Of a stretch of DNA of 64,000 nucleotides, positions 37,801-46,687 are shown one piece after another. The notes under the pieces were generated by a model, which was not told the origin of the DNA, did not search any database, and saw only the letters and a list, made by a program, of their open reading frames with translations. The first letter of the stretch is position 1; the number at the start of each line of letters is the position of its first letter. Source of the DNA: Akkermansiaceae bacterium (lineage in GTDB: Bacteria; Verrucomicrobiota; Verrucomicrobiia; Verrucomicrobiales; Akkermansiaceae); NCBI GenBank assembly GCA_026461385.1, contig JAPJNB010000043.1, positions 4,718 through 68,717 on the forward strand, given 5' to 3'. The translations under genes were made by a program, and so were the position numbers.

Positions 37801-39804
37801 CATCGCAGCAGGAACATTTCCCGCTGGCCGATGACGAATGTGGGAACCGCGCAAGAAGCGCCTCAGGTAGGTTTTTCTGAAGCTCCGGAAGCTTATCTTG
37901 CCTATGTCGAAATTTCAGAGCTTGCCATGACCCTTGCTTGGGATGGCGGCGGTGGTGCTGATGCGGCTTGGTCTACGGCGGCAAACTGGAGCGGAGATGG
38001 GTTGCCGGGTGCTTCCGACAACGTGTTGGCGAACGGCGGCGTCTATGTCACCAGTGCCGTGGGGCCGGTTGGCAATGTGGTGGTAGGCAATGCGGCCGGT
38101 AACGGTGCCCTCAACTTGGTTTCCCCAGGGAGCCTGAGCGCGGCATCCATCAAGATCGGCGAAGCAAACAATGCCGGAGGTGGCACTGGGTACCCGAATT
38201 ATTTCCGCGGAGATGGTGGAGCCATTACGACGACGGGCGACTTGGTGATCGGGGCGAGTGGTGCCAAAATCGATGGCGTCTACACATGGGGTAATATCAC
38301 CGTCGGTGGCGCCCTGAAGATCGGCGCTGGGTACGCGGATCCGGGCGGCTCAAGCTTATTGTTACGAGGCGCATCCAGCACGATCTCATCGAACAGTCTA
38401 ACGATTGGCGGCGGGGTGAAGTTGATCATGGACTTTATCGGAGGCAACTCGATGCGGACCTTGACGTCGACGGGAGCCGTGACCTTGGAGTCGGGATCGT
38501 CGATCAAGATTGTGGGCAATTCGAGCGTGGTGACGGGAAATAACCGGCGCTTGATCGATGGCGGCGCCGGTCAGTTGAGTGGAACATTTAGCAATGTGAC
38601 CTTTGAAGGGTTCTCATCCAACGTAGTCCCCAGTTTGGTCTATAACAGCACTGACGGAGATGTCTGGCTGGTGGTTTCCACTCGTGTGGTTTCTTGGGAC
38701 GCGGGTGGGGCAGCCGATCAGAAATGGTCCACGGTTGCAAACTGGAGCGGGGATGTCTTGCCGGGATCTGGGGACGATGTGTTGCTGAACGGTGGAGCTC
38801 AGGTGACAACGGCGGCGGGCCCGGTTGGGAACGTGGTGGTGGGAAATGCCAGTAGCAACGGAGCGTTGAACATGATTTCCCCGGGAAGTTTGACTGCTAC
38901 ATCCTTGACGATTGGGGCGGCCAACAACACCGGGGGAGGCACAGGATATTCGAACTACTTCTATGGGAATGGAGGCAATATTACGACGACGGGCGACTTA
39001 GTGATCGGGGCGAGTGGAGCGAAGATCGATGGCATCTACACATGGGGTAATATCAACGTTGGTGGCGCTCTAAAGATCGGCGCTGGGTACGCGGATCCGG
39101 GCGGCTCAAGCTTATTGTTACGAGGCGCATCCAGCACGATCTCATCGAACAGTTTAACGATTGGCGGCGGGGTGAAGTTGATCATGGACTTTATCGGAGG
39201 CAACTCGATGCGGACCTTGACGTCGACGGGGGCCGTGACCTTGGAGTCGGGATCGTCGATCAAGATTGTGGGCAATTCGAGCGTGGTGACGGGAAATAAC
39301 CGGCGCTTGATCGATGGCGGTGCCGGTCAGCTGAGTGGAACATTTAGCAATGTGACCTTTGAAGGGTTCTCATCCAACGTAGTTCCCAGTTTGGTCTATA
39401 ACAGCACCGACGGAGATGTTTGGCTGGTGGTGAGTGCTGGAGGAACCACGTTCGCATCTTGGTCAGGTTCTGCGGCTGCGGCAGACAGCATCTCCCTCAT
39501 GAAATATGGGGTCGGCGGGTCAGCGAGCCCCTCCGGGACTTCCGAAAAAATCGTCTTGTCCCTCGATACCACAAGCTTGTCGATCAGCGCGATTGTGCGG
39601 GTAGATGACGCCAAGCTGACGGTGGTGGGTCAGTCATCCACGAACTTGATTGGCTCTTGGACCGATCTATCCCAAAATCTAACAGGTTCCATTAGTTCCG
39701 ACCAGGCGGGAGTTCCTGCCGGTTGCCAACGGCGGATCTTCAGCATCAGCAAGGGGTCGAATCCGAAGATGTTCTTAAGACTCAAGGTCTTGATGAGCAA
39801 CTGA
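34837..39804 (+). CDS. Large secreted multidomain protein (beta-helix-like repeats, NHL/SMP30-like propeller, tandem 252-aa duplication)
   Basis: Open 1655-aa frame; probable start GTG 35008 before signal-like YFIRAFSIFLMLTPSGWA. Repeated W-S/A-T-A-x-N-W modules; propeller-like PQAVVSDASGNLYFNEY and PRQLFIESSGSLLLA; C-terminal FLRLKV tail. Confidence 0.85.
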   Translation: MRITLFFSGIRSGSRPVSGASRQNETLSSPSVFSHELNAVGGAEALAANRSLARKPRVKAVKHFTGYFIRAFSIFLMLTPSGWAATSTLSTSGAWATASNWTPSGVPGSTSDVVVNGAKYAIVSTSAGSIKSMALGNQSGEGAINMRAGGNLTVSNGSGVSVVVGGPGAAGSQVSPYPAYYSHEDGNFSTTGDMVVGTSTLSGQAFFSKGKLSVGGRLKIGVQTAGGSEFKINGAGSGVSTLAVNGLEVGSKGTLNFDYLGGAGVLAISVANQVSLSTGSTLIVSNAAALQAGTYNLVNGGSISGTFGATNVSGLPTYMSAEIQYDAANGDVNLVVTNSITEFDNYDGDGLWSTSQNWNPFYPDATSFGRLLAFVQVTSAVEIGYLEIGTTQANYGLNLWDEAGSLTLSRAGVSLVVGAANNAGGGANYPGGIGYPNYYSHAAGSLTTVGDMILGANGAKVEASFSSGSVSVGGTLRLGSYQSSGASVFELRGGGGTLATHDLEVGDAGKLVFDFIGGASLKIMHVTGQASMISGAKLAIKNTSQNPAAITPTTYDLIQADSIVGTFSQVDFSGFPSSVVPRIAYSGKKIQLVVESASGAPVVDAGTSRLSGYSRVAPLGAAGYSFGSGADGEDIYYSDYSAGTITRVSGGVSTTLKSNLVGIYSLAVKGNKMYFAREYDSNYGTAKIFVMTKSGATWGDPVQVVGGLTRPRQLFIESSGSLLLAVEALAQGQGGAILRITPATGASTTLVTGLYAPQAVVSDASGNLYFNEYGSTTADGTPTLSGKLWKMAAGTTTKTQLLEGRRLRGLALVPGSPDQLVQLAEANNNDQGNSSTTSILTTSGTLLRTIEGVDYPQFTGVTASGNVVTTCPRDLALLSILPNSSSGSDSAIALRTGVDSFACVRGLSYRTSGEGRFPVTLTGMKDGSLTFYVSPNSNRKFAGWIRMTKSQWPGISTSELVSNPGYYALPQPGVQCAIGTLNRLQIFPHRSRNISRWPMTNVGTAQEAPQVGFSEAPEAYLAYVEISELAMTLAWDGGGGADAAWSTAANWSGDGLPGASDNVLANGGVYVTSAVGPVGNVVVGNAAGNGALNLVSPGSLSAASIKIGEANNAGGGTGYPNYFRGDGGAITTTGDLVIGASGAKIDGVYTWGNITVGGALKIGAGYADPGGSSLLLRGASSTISSNSLTIGGGVKLIMDFIGGNSMRTLTSTGAVTLESGSSIKIVGNSSVVTGNNRRLIDGGAGQLSGTFSNVTFEGFSSNVVPSLVYNSTDGDVWLVVSTRVVSWDAGGAADQKWSTVANWSGDVLPGSGDDVLLNGGAQVTTAAGPVGNVVVGNASSNGALNMISPGSLTATSLTIGAANNTGGGTGYSNYFYGNGGNITTTGDLVIGASGAKIDGIYTWGNINVGGALKIGAGYADPGGSSLLLRGASSTISSNSLTIGGGVKLIMDFIGGNSMRTLTSTGAVTLESGSSIKIVGNSSVVTGNNRRLIDGGAGQLSGTFSNVTFEGFSSNVVPSLVYNSTDGDVWLVVSAGGTTFASWSGSAAAADSISLMKYGVGGSASPSGTSEKIVLSLDTTSLSISAIVRVDDAKLTVVGQSSTNLIGSWTDLSQNLTGSISSDQAGVPAGCQRRIFSISKGSNPKMFLRLKVLMSN
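37930..39431 (+). repeat. Intragenic tandem duplication, 756-bp period
   Basis: The W codons at 37939 and 38695 and the ATTACGACGACGGG starts at 38224 and 38980 are 756 bp apart. 38224-38675 versus 38980-39431 differ at about 16 positions by eye. Confidence 0.9.
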
Positions 39805-39871
39805 CCCATCAGCGGATGCACTCATCGATTCGTTTTCCCGGGGCGGGCGTAGGCCTCGGCCACTCAATTTC

Positions 39872-41770
39872 ATGTTAGACAGAAACACGACACTCATCAC
39901 GCTGGCCAATGCGCTCAAGCGACTCATCCATCCGAGGTGCATCCAGCTGTTGCTCCTTTGGATCGTCCTCATGCTTGCCTCCACCGAAACTCGCGCCCAA
40001 TCGCATCGGGCCGCGCAAGAGGTCGACTACAAGGTGGGATTTTTGGGTGCCCCCTGTCACCCGGAGGTGGAGTGGAATTCGGCGAATCTACAGCGCATGA
40101 AGGATCTGGGGTTCAATGTTCTGCAACTGAACATTGCTTGGGGTTATCGCCCCAATGATGAGGCCCTCAATCTCGAAGACGTGGTCGACTTGCCGATGGA
40201 AATTTCTCGCACGGCTGGCGACAAGAGCCGTGAGCCTATGCGAACTCCCGAAAGGATCGGCCGCCGGAGTGAAAAACTGCGGCAGCGGATCGACATCAGC
40301 CAGAAATTTGGATTTCGAACGATGTTCCATTTTGGAGCGCCGAATGTGTTGTATCCGCCGGAATCTCCGGGGGCACCTGGGGTGATTTTGGATCAGTGCA
40401 TTTCGGATCAAGCGACCCTCACAAGGTATATCATTCTCCTACGAGCGTTTCATGCCAAGTTCCCGGAGGTGGATGATCTGTTATGCTATACTTATGATCA
40501 AAATGCATGGCTCTGCAACGAGGTGGGAGCCTGTCGCAAGTGCCGTGGTGTTCCGTTGGCCAAGCGGGTTTCTAACTTCATCAACACTTTGGCTCGGACC
40601 TGGCGTGAACTCAACCCAGCGGGCACCTTGTTCTGGGAGCCTTGGGAACTTTCCGCAGGCCAGGCGTATCAGTCCGTTGATTTGCTCGATCCATCCTGTG
40701 TGGGGCTTTCGCTGCACTCCAACATTGCGGAAGTCCAAATTGCCTTCCCGGCGGACCGCTGGTTCAAAAACATGCTGACCAAAGCGGAGGAAAGGAAAAT
40801 ACCTGTCCTTGGGGAGTTGTGGACCGGCAGCCCCACCGAGGAGATGGAACCATTTCTGCACATCGCCACCCCGCTGGCCACGCTACGTGCTCTTCGCGCG
40901 GTGAACGAGGCGGGAAAGCTCAAAGGGATCAAAGAATACTATGGCAACGTGCCGGATCAAGAAGACCCTAACCTGCGCATGTCGGGCCTGTTCTTTAAAA
41001 ACCCAAACATCGGTGATGATGAGGCACTCGTGCAGTTGGCCTCGCCCTACGGTGACGCCGCTGAAGAGGTTGCGAAGGTTTGGAGGCTGACCTCCGAAGC
41101 GGTGGAAATGTACCCGTGGGACGTTTCCTGGTTGGCTCGGGAAGTCGGACGAAGTACCCCCAAGCACGCGCTGAGCGCAGCGATTCTGAAGGGCGCCAGT
41201 TGGCAGACGCCGAGTTGGCAGGCCAACCGCAGAGTCGACTTCATGAGAACCGACGAGACAGCGGCACCAAACTTCTGGATGTGTGAAGATGTTCAATTGC
41301 GGTTTGAGCAAACGGCCCATAAACTCGATGCCAGCATTCAGGCGGCCGAGGCCGTGCAACGCAAAGTCCCGGAAATCTATCAGAAAGATTTCGCCAAGAG
41401 CATCGAGGAACTGAAGGCCTTCCGTGTCCGCGTGCTGGCCTATGCCTACCACCTTCGAGAGACAAATCTAACCAATCTAATGCGCGGGGACGTCCAGCAG
41501 GGACTTGAGTTGAATCAAGAAAACATCCGGGCACTCAGAGAAGTGATGTTGAAAGATCAGCAAAACATGGGAAGCAAGGAACCGCTCGGGACTGCGATCC
41601 AGATGCTTGATGCGGATCTTAAAAAATTTCTAACAACCTACTTCCTTCCTTGGTCAGAATCCACTAAAAATCAGGATTGGGCTGAATGGGGGAGCGCCGC
41701 GAACTGGACGATCACATCGCCCAACGAGTTCTTTGAAACACACATAAATGACCATGGGAAAAACGATTAA
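39872..41770 (+). CDS. Secreted protein of unknown function, TIM-barrel glycoside-hydrolase-like; paralog of the C-terminal part of 44319-46676
   Basis: Signal-like IQLLLLWIVLMLASTETRA; LQRMKDLGFNVLQLNIAWG resembles the first strand/helix of clan GH-A-like barrels; YTYDQNAWLCNEVGACRKC. Confidence 0.6.
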   Translation: MLDRNTTLITLANALKRLIHPRCIQLLLLWIVLMLASTETRAQSHRAAQEVDYKVGFLGAPCHPEVEWNSANLQRMKDLGFNVLQLNIAWGYRPNDEALNLEDVVDLPMEISRTAGDKSREPMRTPERIGRRSEKLRQRIDISQKFGFRTMFHFGAPNVLYPPESPGAPGVILDQCISDQATLTRYIILLRAFHAKFPEVDDLLCYTYDQNAWLCNEVGACRKCRGVPLAKRVSNFINTLARTWRELNPAGTLFWEPWELSAGQAYQSVDLLDPSCVGLSLHSNIAEVQIAFPADRWFKNMLTKAEERKIPVLGELWTGSPTEEMEPFLHIATPLATLRALRAVNEAGKLKGIKEYYGNVPDQEDPNLRMSGLFFKNPNIGDDEALVQLASPYGDAAEEVAKVWRLTSEAVEMYPWDVSWLAREVGRSTPKHALSAAILKGASWQTPSWQANRRVDFMRTDETAAPNFWMCEDVQLRFEQTAHKLDASIQAAEAVQRKVPEIYQKDFAKSIEELKAFRVRVLAYAYHLRETNLTNLMRGDVQQGLELNQENIRALREVMLKDQQNMGSKEPLGTAIQMLDADLKKFLTTYFLPWSESTKNQDWAEWGSAANWTITSPNEFFETHINDHGKND

Positions 41771-44120
41771 CTCGTCTCAGTTTGCAGCCGTGAGATTTTC
41801 GATTTTTCCAGTTCTAGCCGCCATCGTGACGGCAGCCGTGCAGGTGCAGGACGTGGCAAGCGCGACCGATTCGGCGGAAGCTGCTTGGGGGAGATCCTTG
41901 GTGGATGCGGCTTTTGTGAAGGAGGGCATGGATCGTTTTCGCCATCCTCAATACCAGTACGAATGCCTTGGCCTTGGGGGGACGGTCATGCGGGTGGGAC
42001 CCGATGGGTTGACCCAGCAGGGTGCAGTGCTCACGCCGGCGAAGGGTTTTCTCAGGCACGTTCCCTATCTCTCCTACCAGTACTGGTGGGATGAGGAGGG
42101 ACATCGCCATCTGCCGTTTGATCTTGGCGGCGGATACGGGGGAAAAATGGAACCTGGCGAGGTGACTGCTTTCCGGCACCATCTGGATATCTCTAACGGT
42201 TTTCTCGAGATCGATTTGGGAATCAAGGTGCCCGGCGAGGGCTCGAGTTCCTTTCAAAGCCATCGGGAGATGTTTGTTACGCAGGAAGGAATTCTCGTGA
42301 TTCGGGTCACGGATTCGGCGGGTGCAACCATGCCATTTCGAATGCGCGTGGGGATCAATCAGAATGTCAGAATTTATCTTAACGAAGGGGTCTACGCGAA
42401 AGCGCACGATCCTTGGGTGGGCAAGGGCTCGGGCAAGACGCAGGGGCTGTTAGTCATGGCGAAGCGACCCAAGTCATGCACCGCCACTCTCGGCATGGCC
42501 CTAGAAGGCACCGAAATTTCTGTGGATGCGAAATCGTTGGAGCTTGGAGCTACGAAGCCTAGCAAGAGCGTGACGTTCTACATCGCCCCCGGTTCATCGT
42601 ATGAGAACGATGACCCCGCGTCGTCTGCATGGAAAAAGGCGGAGGCGGCCAAATCCCGCGGCTTTGAAACGCTTCGCAAGGAGACCGCTCATTGGTGGAG
42701 GGATTATTACGAGCGATCCACGGTTTGCATTCCTGACCCGGCGTTGCAGAAGTGGTTTGCGAGATCCACCTACTACATGGGGGTCTTTTCCGGCAACACC
42801 GATGTCCCACCCGGATGCAATGGGACAAGCATCGAGAGCTTTGCCGGCGCCGTCTGCCCAGAGTATGACTTGGTGCTCAATCAGATGGCGTTGCTTTACG
42901 GCAATCACTTCGATGAAGCGCGCCGCGTGGTGGGATGGCTGGAGCGGGTGCTGCCTCGAGCGGAAAAATATGCGACGGAGGGACTTACGCTGCATCAGAC
43001 TTCGGTCAAATATGCGGGAGGGGCCAAGTTTGGCCCGCTGATGGGCTACGATGGCACCGTGATGGTTCCGCCGACCATCGGTGAGGGGATTTGGGCGCAC
43101 GAGGATTTTTCGGGCAACAACGCGGCGCTCATGGCACTGAACTATGTCGATTGGAGCGGTGATGAGCGCTGCGAGCCACTGGCGAAGAAAATCCTCCGGG
43201 AGACGACCCAGATTTCCGTCGAGGACCTCGAGTGGCGTGCGGACTTTCAATCCTACCTCAACCGATTCATGCCGGCGACGGTGCAGCAGGCGGGCACGTT
43301 GTATGGTCTGCGTGAGTCCATTCGGCGCGGAGTTGCGGAAGCGGGTTGGGCGGAAAAGGCAGACAAAGTCCTGATTCCCAAGGCCGACTTCGAAGGGAAA
43401 AAACGTTTAGCGGTGGGACCGGGCCAGAATCTGGAGAAAAACTGCGGGGATGCCACTTGGCTGAGTCCCGCGTGGTGCTATCGGGTGGTGGCAGATGATG
43501 ATCCGATTGTCAGCGACAGCTATGCTTTGTTTCGCACGTCGAAGACTGGGGATTACATTTTCAACAACGGCTGGATGGGGGTCATCGCATCGAAGCTCGG
43601 TGAGGGCGATGAAGCGCTCCAATGGGCGAGAAACTTTTTGCGGCCAGACGTCACCCTGTTTGACGATACCTGTTTTGGTGAGATCATCAACGGCTCCGAG
43701 GACTTCAAGAAGACTCCCGAGGTGGCCGCCCATGCCGCCTTGATTTGCAACCTCACGCAGATGCTGCTGGATCCCGACAACGAAGCGTCCCTCTCGATCT
43801 TTCCCGCAATCCCGGCGGGGTGGGAAAAACCGGGTTTGGGTTTTACTCAGCTGGCCGCGAAGGGAAACATTTTAGTTTCGGCTGAATTTAGCACGAATCG
43901 AGTCTCTGTGGCGCTGGAGAATCGTTCGGACCATGATTGTGTCCGGAGCCTGCGCGTGCGACTGCCGAAGGGCACGACGAGCCTGCGCCATCCGGAGAAG
44001 GAGGTTCAAGTGAAAGACGGTAGGGCAGTAATTTCCTCCATCAAGCTTCCGGCAAAATCAAAGGTGACTCTTAGCTTCGAGCCGTTGGTGGCGTCACCAA
44101 ATCCTCGAGAGAAAGACTAA
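41748..44120 (+). CDS. Secreted glycoside-hydrolase-like protein, (alpha/alpha)6 barrel, distantly GH95/GH65-like
   Basis: N-terminal FRHHLDISNGFLEI beta domain; ETAHWWRDYYERSTVCIPDPALQKWFARSTYY; C-terminal SLSIFPAIPAGW...LAAKGNILVSA. This layout is typical of GH95/GH65. Confidence 0.55.
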   Translation: MTMGKTINSSQFAAVRFSIFPVLAAIVTAAVQVQDVASATDSAEAAWGRSLVDAAFVKEGMDRFRHPQYQYECLGLGGTVMRVGPDGLTQQGAVLTPAKGFLRHVPYLSYQYWWDEEGHRHLPFDLGGGYGGKMEPGEVTAFRHHLDISNGFLEIDLGIKVPGEGSSSFQSHREMFVTQEGILVIRVTDSAGATMPFRMRVGINQNVRIYLNEGVYAKAHDPWVGKGSGKTQGLLVMAKRPKSCTATLGMALEGTEISVDAKSLELGATKPSKSVTFYIAPGSSYENDDPASSAWKKAEAAKSRGFETLRKETAHWWRDYYERSTVCIPDPALQKWFARSTYYMGVFSGNTDVPPGCNGTSIESFAGAVCPEYDLVLNQMALLYGNHFDEARRVVGWLERVLPRAEKYATEGLTLHQTSVKYAGGAKFGPLMGYDGTVMVPPTIGEGIWAHEDFSGNNAALMALNYVDWSGDERCEPLAKKILRETTQISVEDLEWRADFQSYLNRFMPATVQQAGTLYGLRESIRRGVAEAGWAEKADKVLIPKADFEGKKRLAVGPGQNLEKNCGDATWLSPAWCYRVVADDDPIVSDSYALFRTSKTGDYIFNNGWMGVIASKLGEGDEALQWARNFLRPDVTLFDDTCFGEIINGSEDFKKTPEVAAHAALICNLTQMLLDPDNEASLSIFPAIPAGWEKPGLGFTQLAAKGNILVSAEFSTNRVSVALENRSDHDCVRSLRVRLPKGTTSLRHPEKEVQVKDGRAVISSIKLPAKSKVTLSFEPLVASPNPREKD

Positions 44121-44195
44121 CCACTGGCCCGGAGCCTTACGAACCGCATTTGACGAGGCGAATCCCGCGGAAAAGCTGGCGGATGAAAATTCTTC

Positions 44196-44221
44196 TTGAC
44201 CCTTATATGAAATGATTCATG
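44196..44221 (+). promoter_or_regulatory. Promoter/operator copy 2
   Basis: TTGACC-N5-ATGAAATGATTCATG. Confidence 0.7.
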
Positions 44222-44318
44222 TTGAGCTGGAGCAAGCTAGGTTTACCCAATTTGGACTCACGCAAAAACCACCCGAAAAACCCCGCCCCGCATCCGGAAC
44301 CATCGACTTACCAACAGA

Positions 44319-46676
44319 ATGAGAAACTACAGAATAAAAAGTTATAGAATGAAAAACGATAGAATTGCCACGGTCGCAGCGACGGCATTCGCATTGCTTC
44401 CGGCAGTCCTTCAAGCCGATGTTTTCTGGAACGGCGCGGCGAGCGGCGATTGGTCTGATGCCGCGAATTGGAAGGGCGGCCTGCCATCTCAGGCGGATGC
44501 GGGAAACGTGGTCATCAATCCGGGGTCACCTTTTGCGGAACCGGTCGTCAAGACGCCGGGCGTGATTACGGCAGGGCAAACCTATCTATCCATTGGTGCC
44601 AGTTTGAGCATCGCGAACGGCGGAGAAATGACCACGACCGATTTGGTCACTGGGAGCTGGGGGGATAGCTCGACGGTATCCGTCAAGGGCGGAACCCTGA
44701 ACATCCGTGGCATTCTGAATTTGGGGGCCGGTGGTCATGATGGTGATGTGAAGGTCTCGGGTGGTTTGGTTAGAGCATCCGGTCTATCCATCAATGGTAC
44801 CAGTGGAGCGACTCTGGACATCTCTGACTCCGGGTCCGTCATTCTGCCAGCCAGCCAGCTGGACAACATCGGTCACTGGGTGGAAAGCAACAGCATCACC
44901 GCCAACGGCGGAGCCGCTGGATGGTCCTTGCGCATCGATTCCAAGAGCCAACCCGACAAGGCCATCATCAAAGCGGTGTTCACCCCGCCGCTCACCGATC
45001 TCATCACGGGATGCAAACACAAGCAGCCCGAAGGTGGAAAACCCAAGGATTGTTGCCGGGGAAATTATCAATATTTCGTAGGAATCGTCGGAAATCCGTT
45101 GGTGCCGGAAATCAGATGGAGCGATGATGAACTCGAGAAAATCAAGGATCTCGGCGTCAACATGGTGCAGCTCAGCATCGCATGGGGCGGCAAGCCTGCC
45201 AATGAAGTCCTCAATCTCGAGGATCTCGATGATCCTGCACAGCGGGAGAAATTCGCATTCCGGATCTCACAGGCGAAAAAGCATGGACTCAAGACGCTCG
45301 CCCATTTCGGCATCCCGCGGGCAGTGAACGCGAATCCCGTGCGCCCCGCGTGCATTCTCGATTCGGAGGTGTGTGCGAAATATACGGCAAGGATCAAGGC
45401 GTTCATGACAGACTTCCCCGGGGTCGATGATGTCCTCGTTTACACCTTCGACCAGCAGGCGTGGCTGTGCAGTGAATTCGGCCCATGCCCACGCTGCAGC
45501 GGCATCCCCGTCGGCGAGCGCCTGCCGGCCTTCCTCGACATGCTCAACGACGCCATGCGTTCGGTTCGGCCAAGCTCCAGACTCTGGTGGAAACCGTGGG
45601 AGTTGTCGCGGGGCCAAGTGGTGACGGTTCTCGAGCGGGTCAAGGCCGAGGGCTTCGGCTTGGCACTCAACCCGTCCACCAGCAACGAGGTCTATCCATT
45701 CAACGACCGATCCTTTGCCTCCGATCTGGGCGTGAAACGCATGGTGCGCTCCGCCTATGAGCGCGGGATTCCCGTACTGGGCGAGTTCGATCACACATTC
45801 TACAAGCCATCTTACGCAATCGAGGACTTCTTCCCACGCCTGATCTTCGAACAAATGCAGGGTTGGAAAGGAATGGAGGGGATTGTCGGCGTGAAGGAAT
45901 ACTTTGGTTTCGCTCCATCCACGTTCTCTGTTAATTGCGCCATGCTCAAAGCGTGGATGAGGTCGCCGGATGCCAAGCTCGACACGCTGCTCCAAGAAAT
46001 CGTCACGCCATACGGCAAGGCTGCGGCTCCGCACATGATCGCAGCATGGGAATATGTTGCTCAATCGGTTGAAGCTTTCCCGTGGGACACCACCTATCTA
46101 ATCGGCCCGATGGGACTGGACCGCGGAAGTGACGGCTCACACGACTGGAAACCCGTGACGATCTCGAGCGGCACGTGGGACACGCCGATCTGGAAGACGA
46201 ACCGCCGTGGGAATTTCATGCTGACCGATGCACCCAAGGCGCATCCGTGGCTGTTTGAAGATGCCGGGCTCCGGTTGGAAGATTCCGCCGCCCTCGCTTT
46301 CAAGGCAGCGGACTTGTTCGAAAAAGCCATTGCCGCCGGTGGGGAACGCGCCGATGATATCCGCAAGCAACTGGAAATCACCCGCAGGATGGCCCGCTCC
46401 ATCCGCATGAAATCTCTCCATTTCCTCCAGACTCTTGCCACCCAAGACGCACGCATGGTTCAGCATGATCCAAAACAATTCCCGATCGTCATCCAGCGCC
46501 TCGAAGGCCTGCTGAAGAGGGATGTGAAAAACCAAGGCGGGCGTGCCGAGGTGGCTCAGAAACTCGCCGAGCTGCAGAGCAATCCAAAGGCGTGGCTGAG
46601 CACCAACTACCTGCCCTTCGAATACGAGACCAAGACGGTCATCGATTGGAGTCGCTGGATACCGCGCCAAGACTGA
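44319..46676 (+). CDS. Secreted fusion: shared ~190-aa N-terminal domain plus the unassigned TIM-barrel-like enzyme domain
   Basis: VFWNGAASGDWSDAANWKGGLPS...VINPGSP matches 34032 and 48448; VGIVGNP...IKDLGVNMVQLSIAWG...NLED and YTFDQQAWLCSEFGPCPRC match 39872. Confidence 0.8.
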   Translation: MRNYRIKSYRMKNDRIATVAATAFALLPAVLQADVFWNGAASGDWSDAANWKGGLPSQADAGNVVINPGSPFAEPVVKTPGVITAGQTYLSIGASLSIANGGEMTTTDLVTGSWGDSSTVSVKGGTLNIRGILNLGAGGHDGDVKVSGGLVRASGLSINGTSGATLDISDSGSVILPASQLDNIGHWVESNSITANGGAAGWSLRIDSKSQPDKAIIKAVFTPPLTDLITGCKHKQPEGGKPKDCCRGNYQYFVGIVGNPLVPEIRWSDDELEKIKDLGVNMVQLSIAWGGKPANEVLNLEDLDDPAQREKFAFRISQAKKHGLKTLAHFGIPRAVNANPVRPACILDSEVCAKYTARIKAFMTDFPGVDDVLVYTFDQQAWLCSEFGPCPRCSGIPVGERLPAFLDMLNDAMRSVRPSSRLWWKPWELSRGQVVTVLERVKAEGFGLALNPSTSNEVYPFNDRSFASDLGVKRMVRSAYERGIPVLGEFDHTFYKPSYAIEDFFPRLIFEQMQGWKGMEGIVGVKEYFGFAPSTFSVNCAMLKAWMRSPDAKLDTLLQEIVTPYGKAAAPHMIAAWEYVAQSVEAFPWDTTYLIGPMGLDRGSDGSHDWKPVTISSGTWDTPIWKTNRRGNFMLTDAPKAHPWLFEDAGLRLEDSAALAFKAADLFEKAIAAGGERADDIRKQLEITRRMARSIRMKSLHFLQTLATQDARMVQHDPKQFPIVIQRLEGLLKRDVKNQGGRAEVAQKLAELQSNPKAWLSTNYLPFEYETKTVIDWSRWIPRQD

Positions 46677-46687
46677 CAATCCATTCC

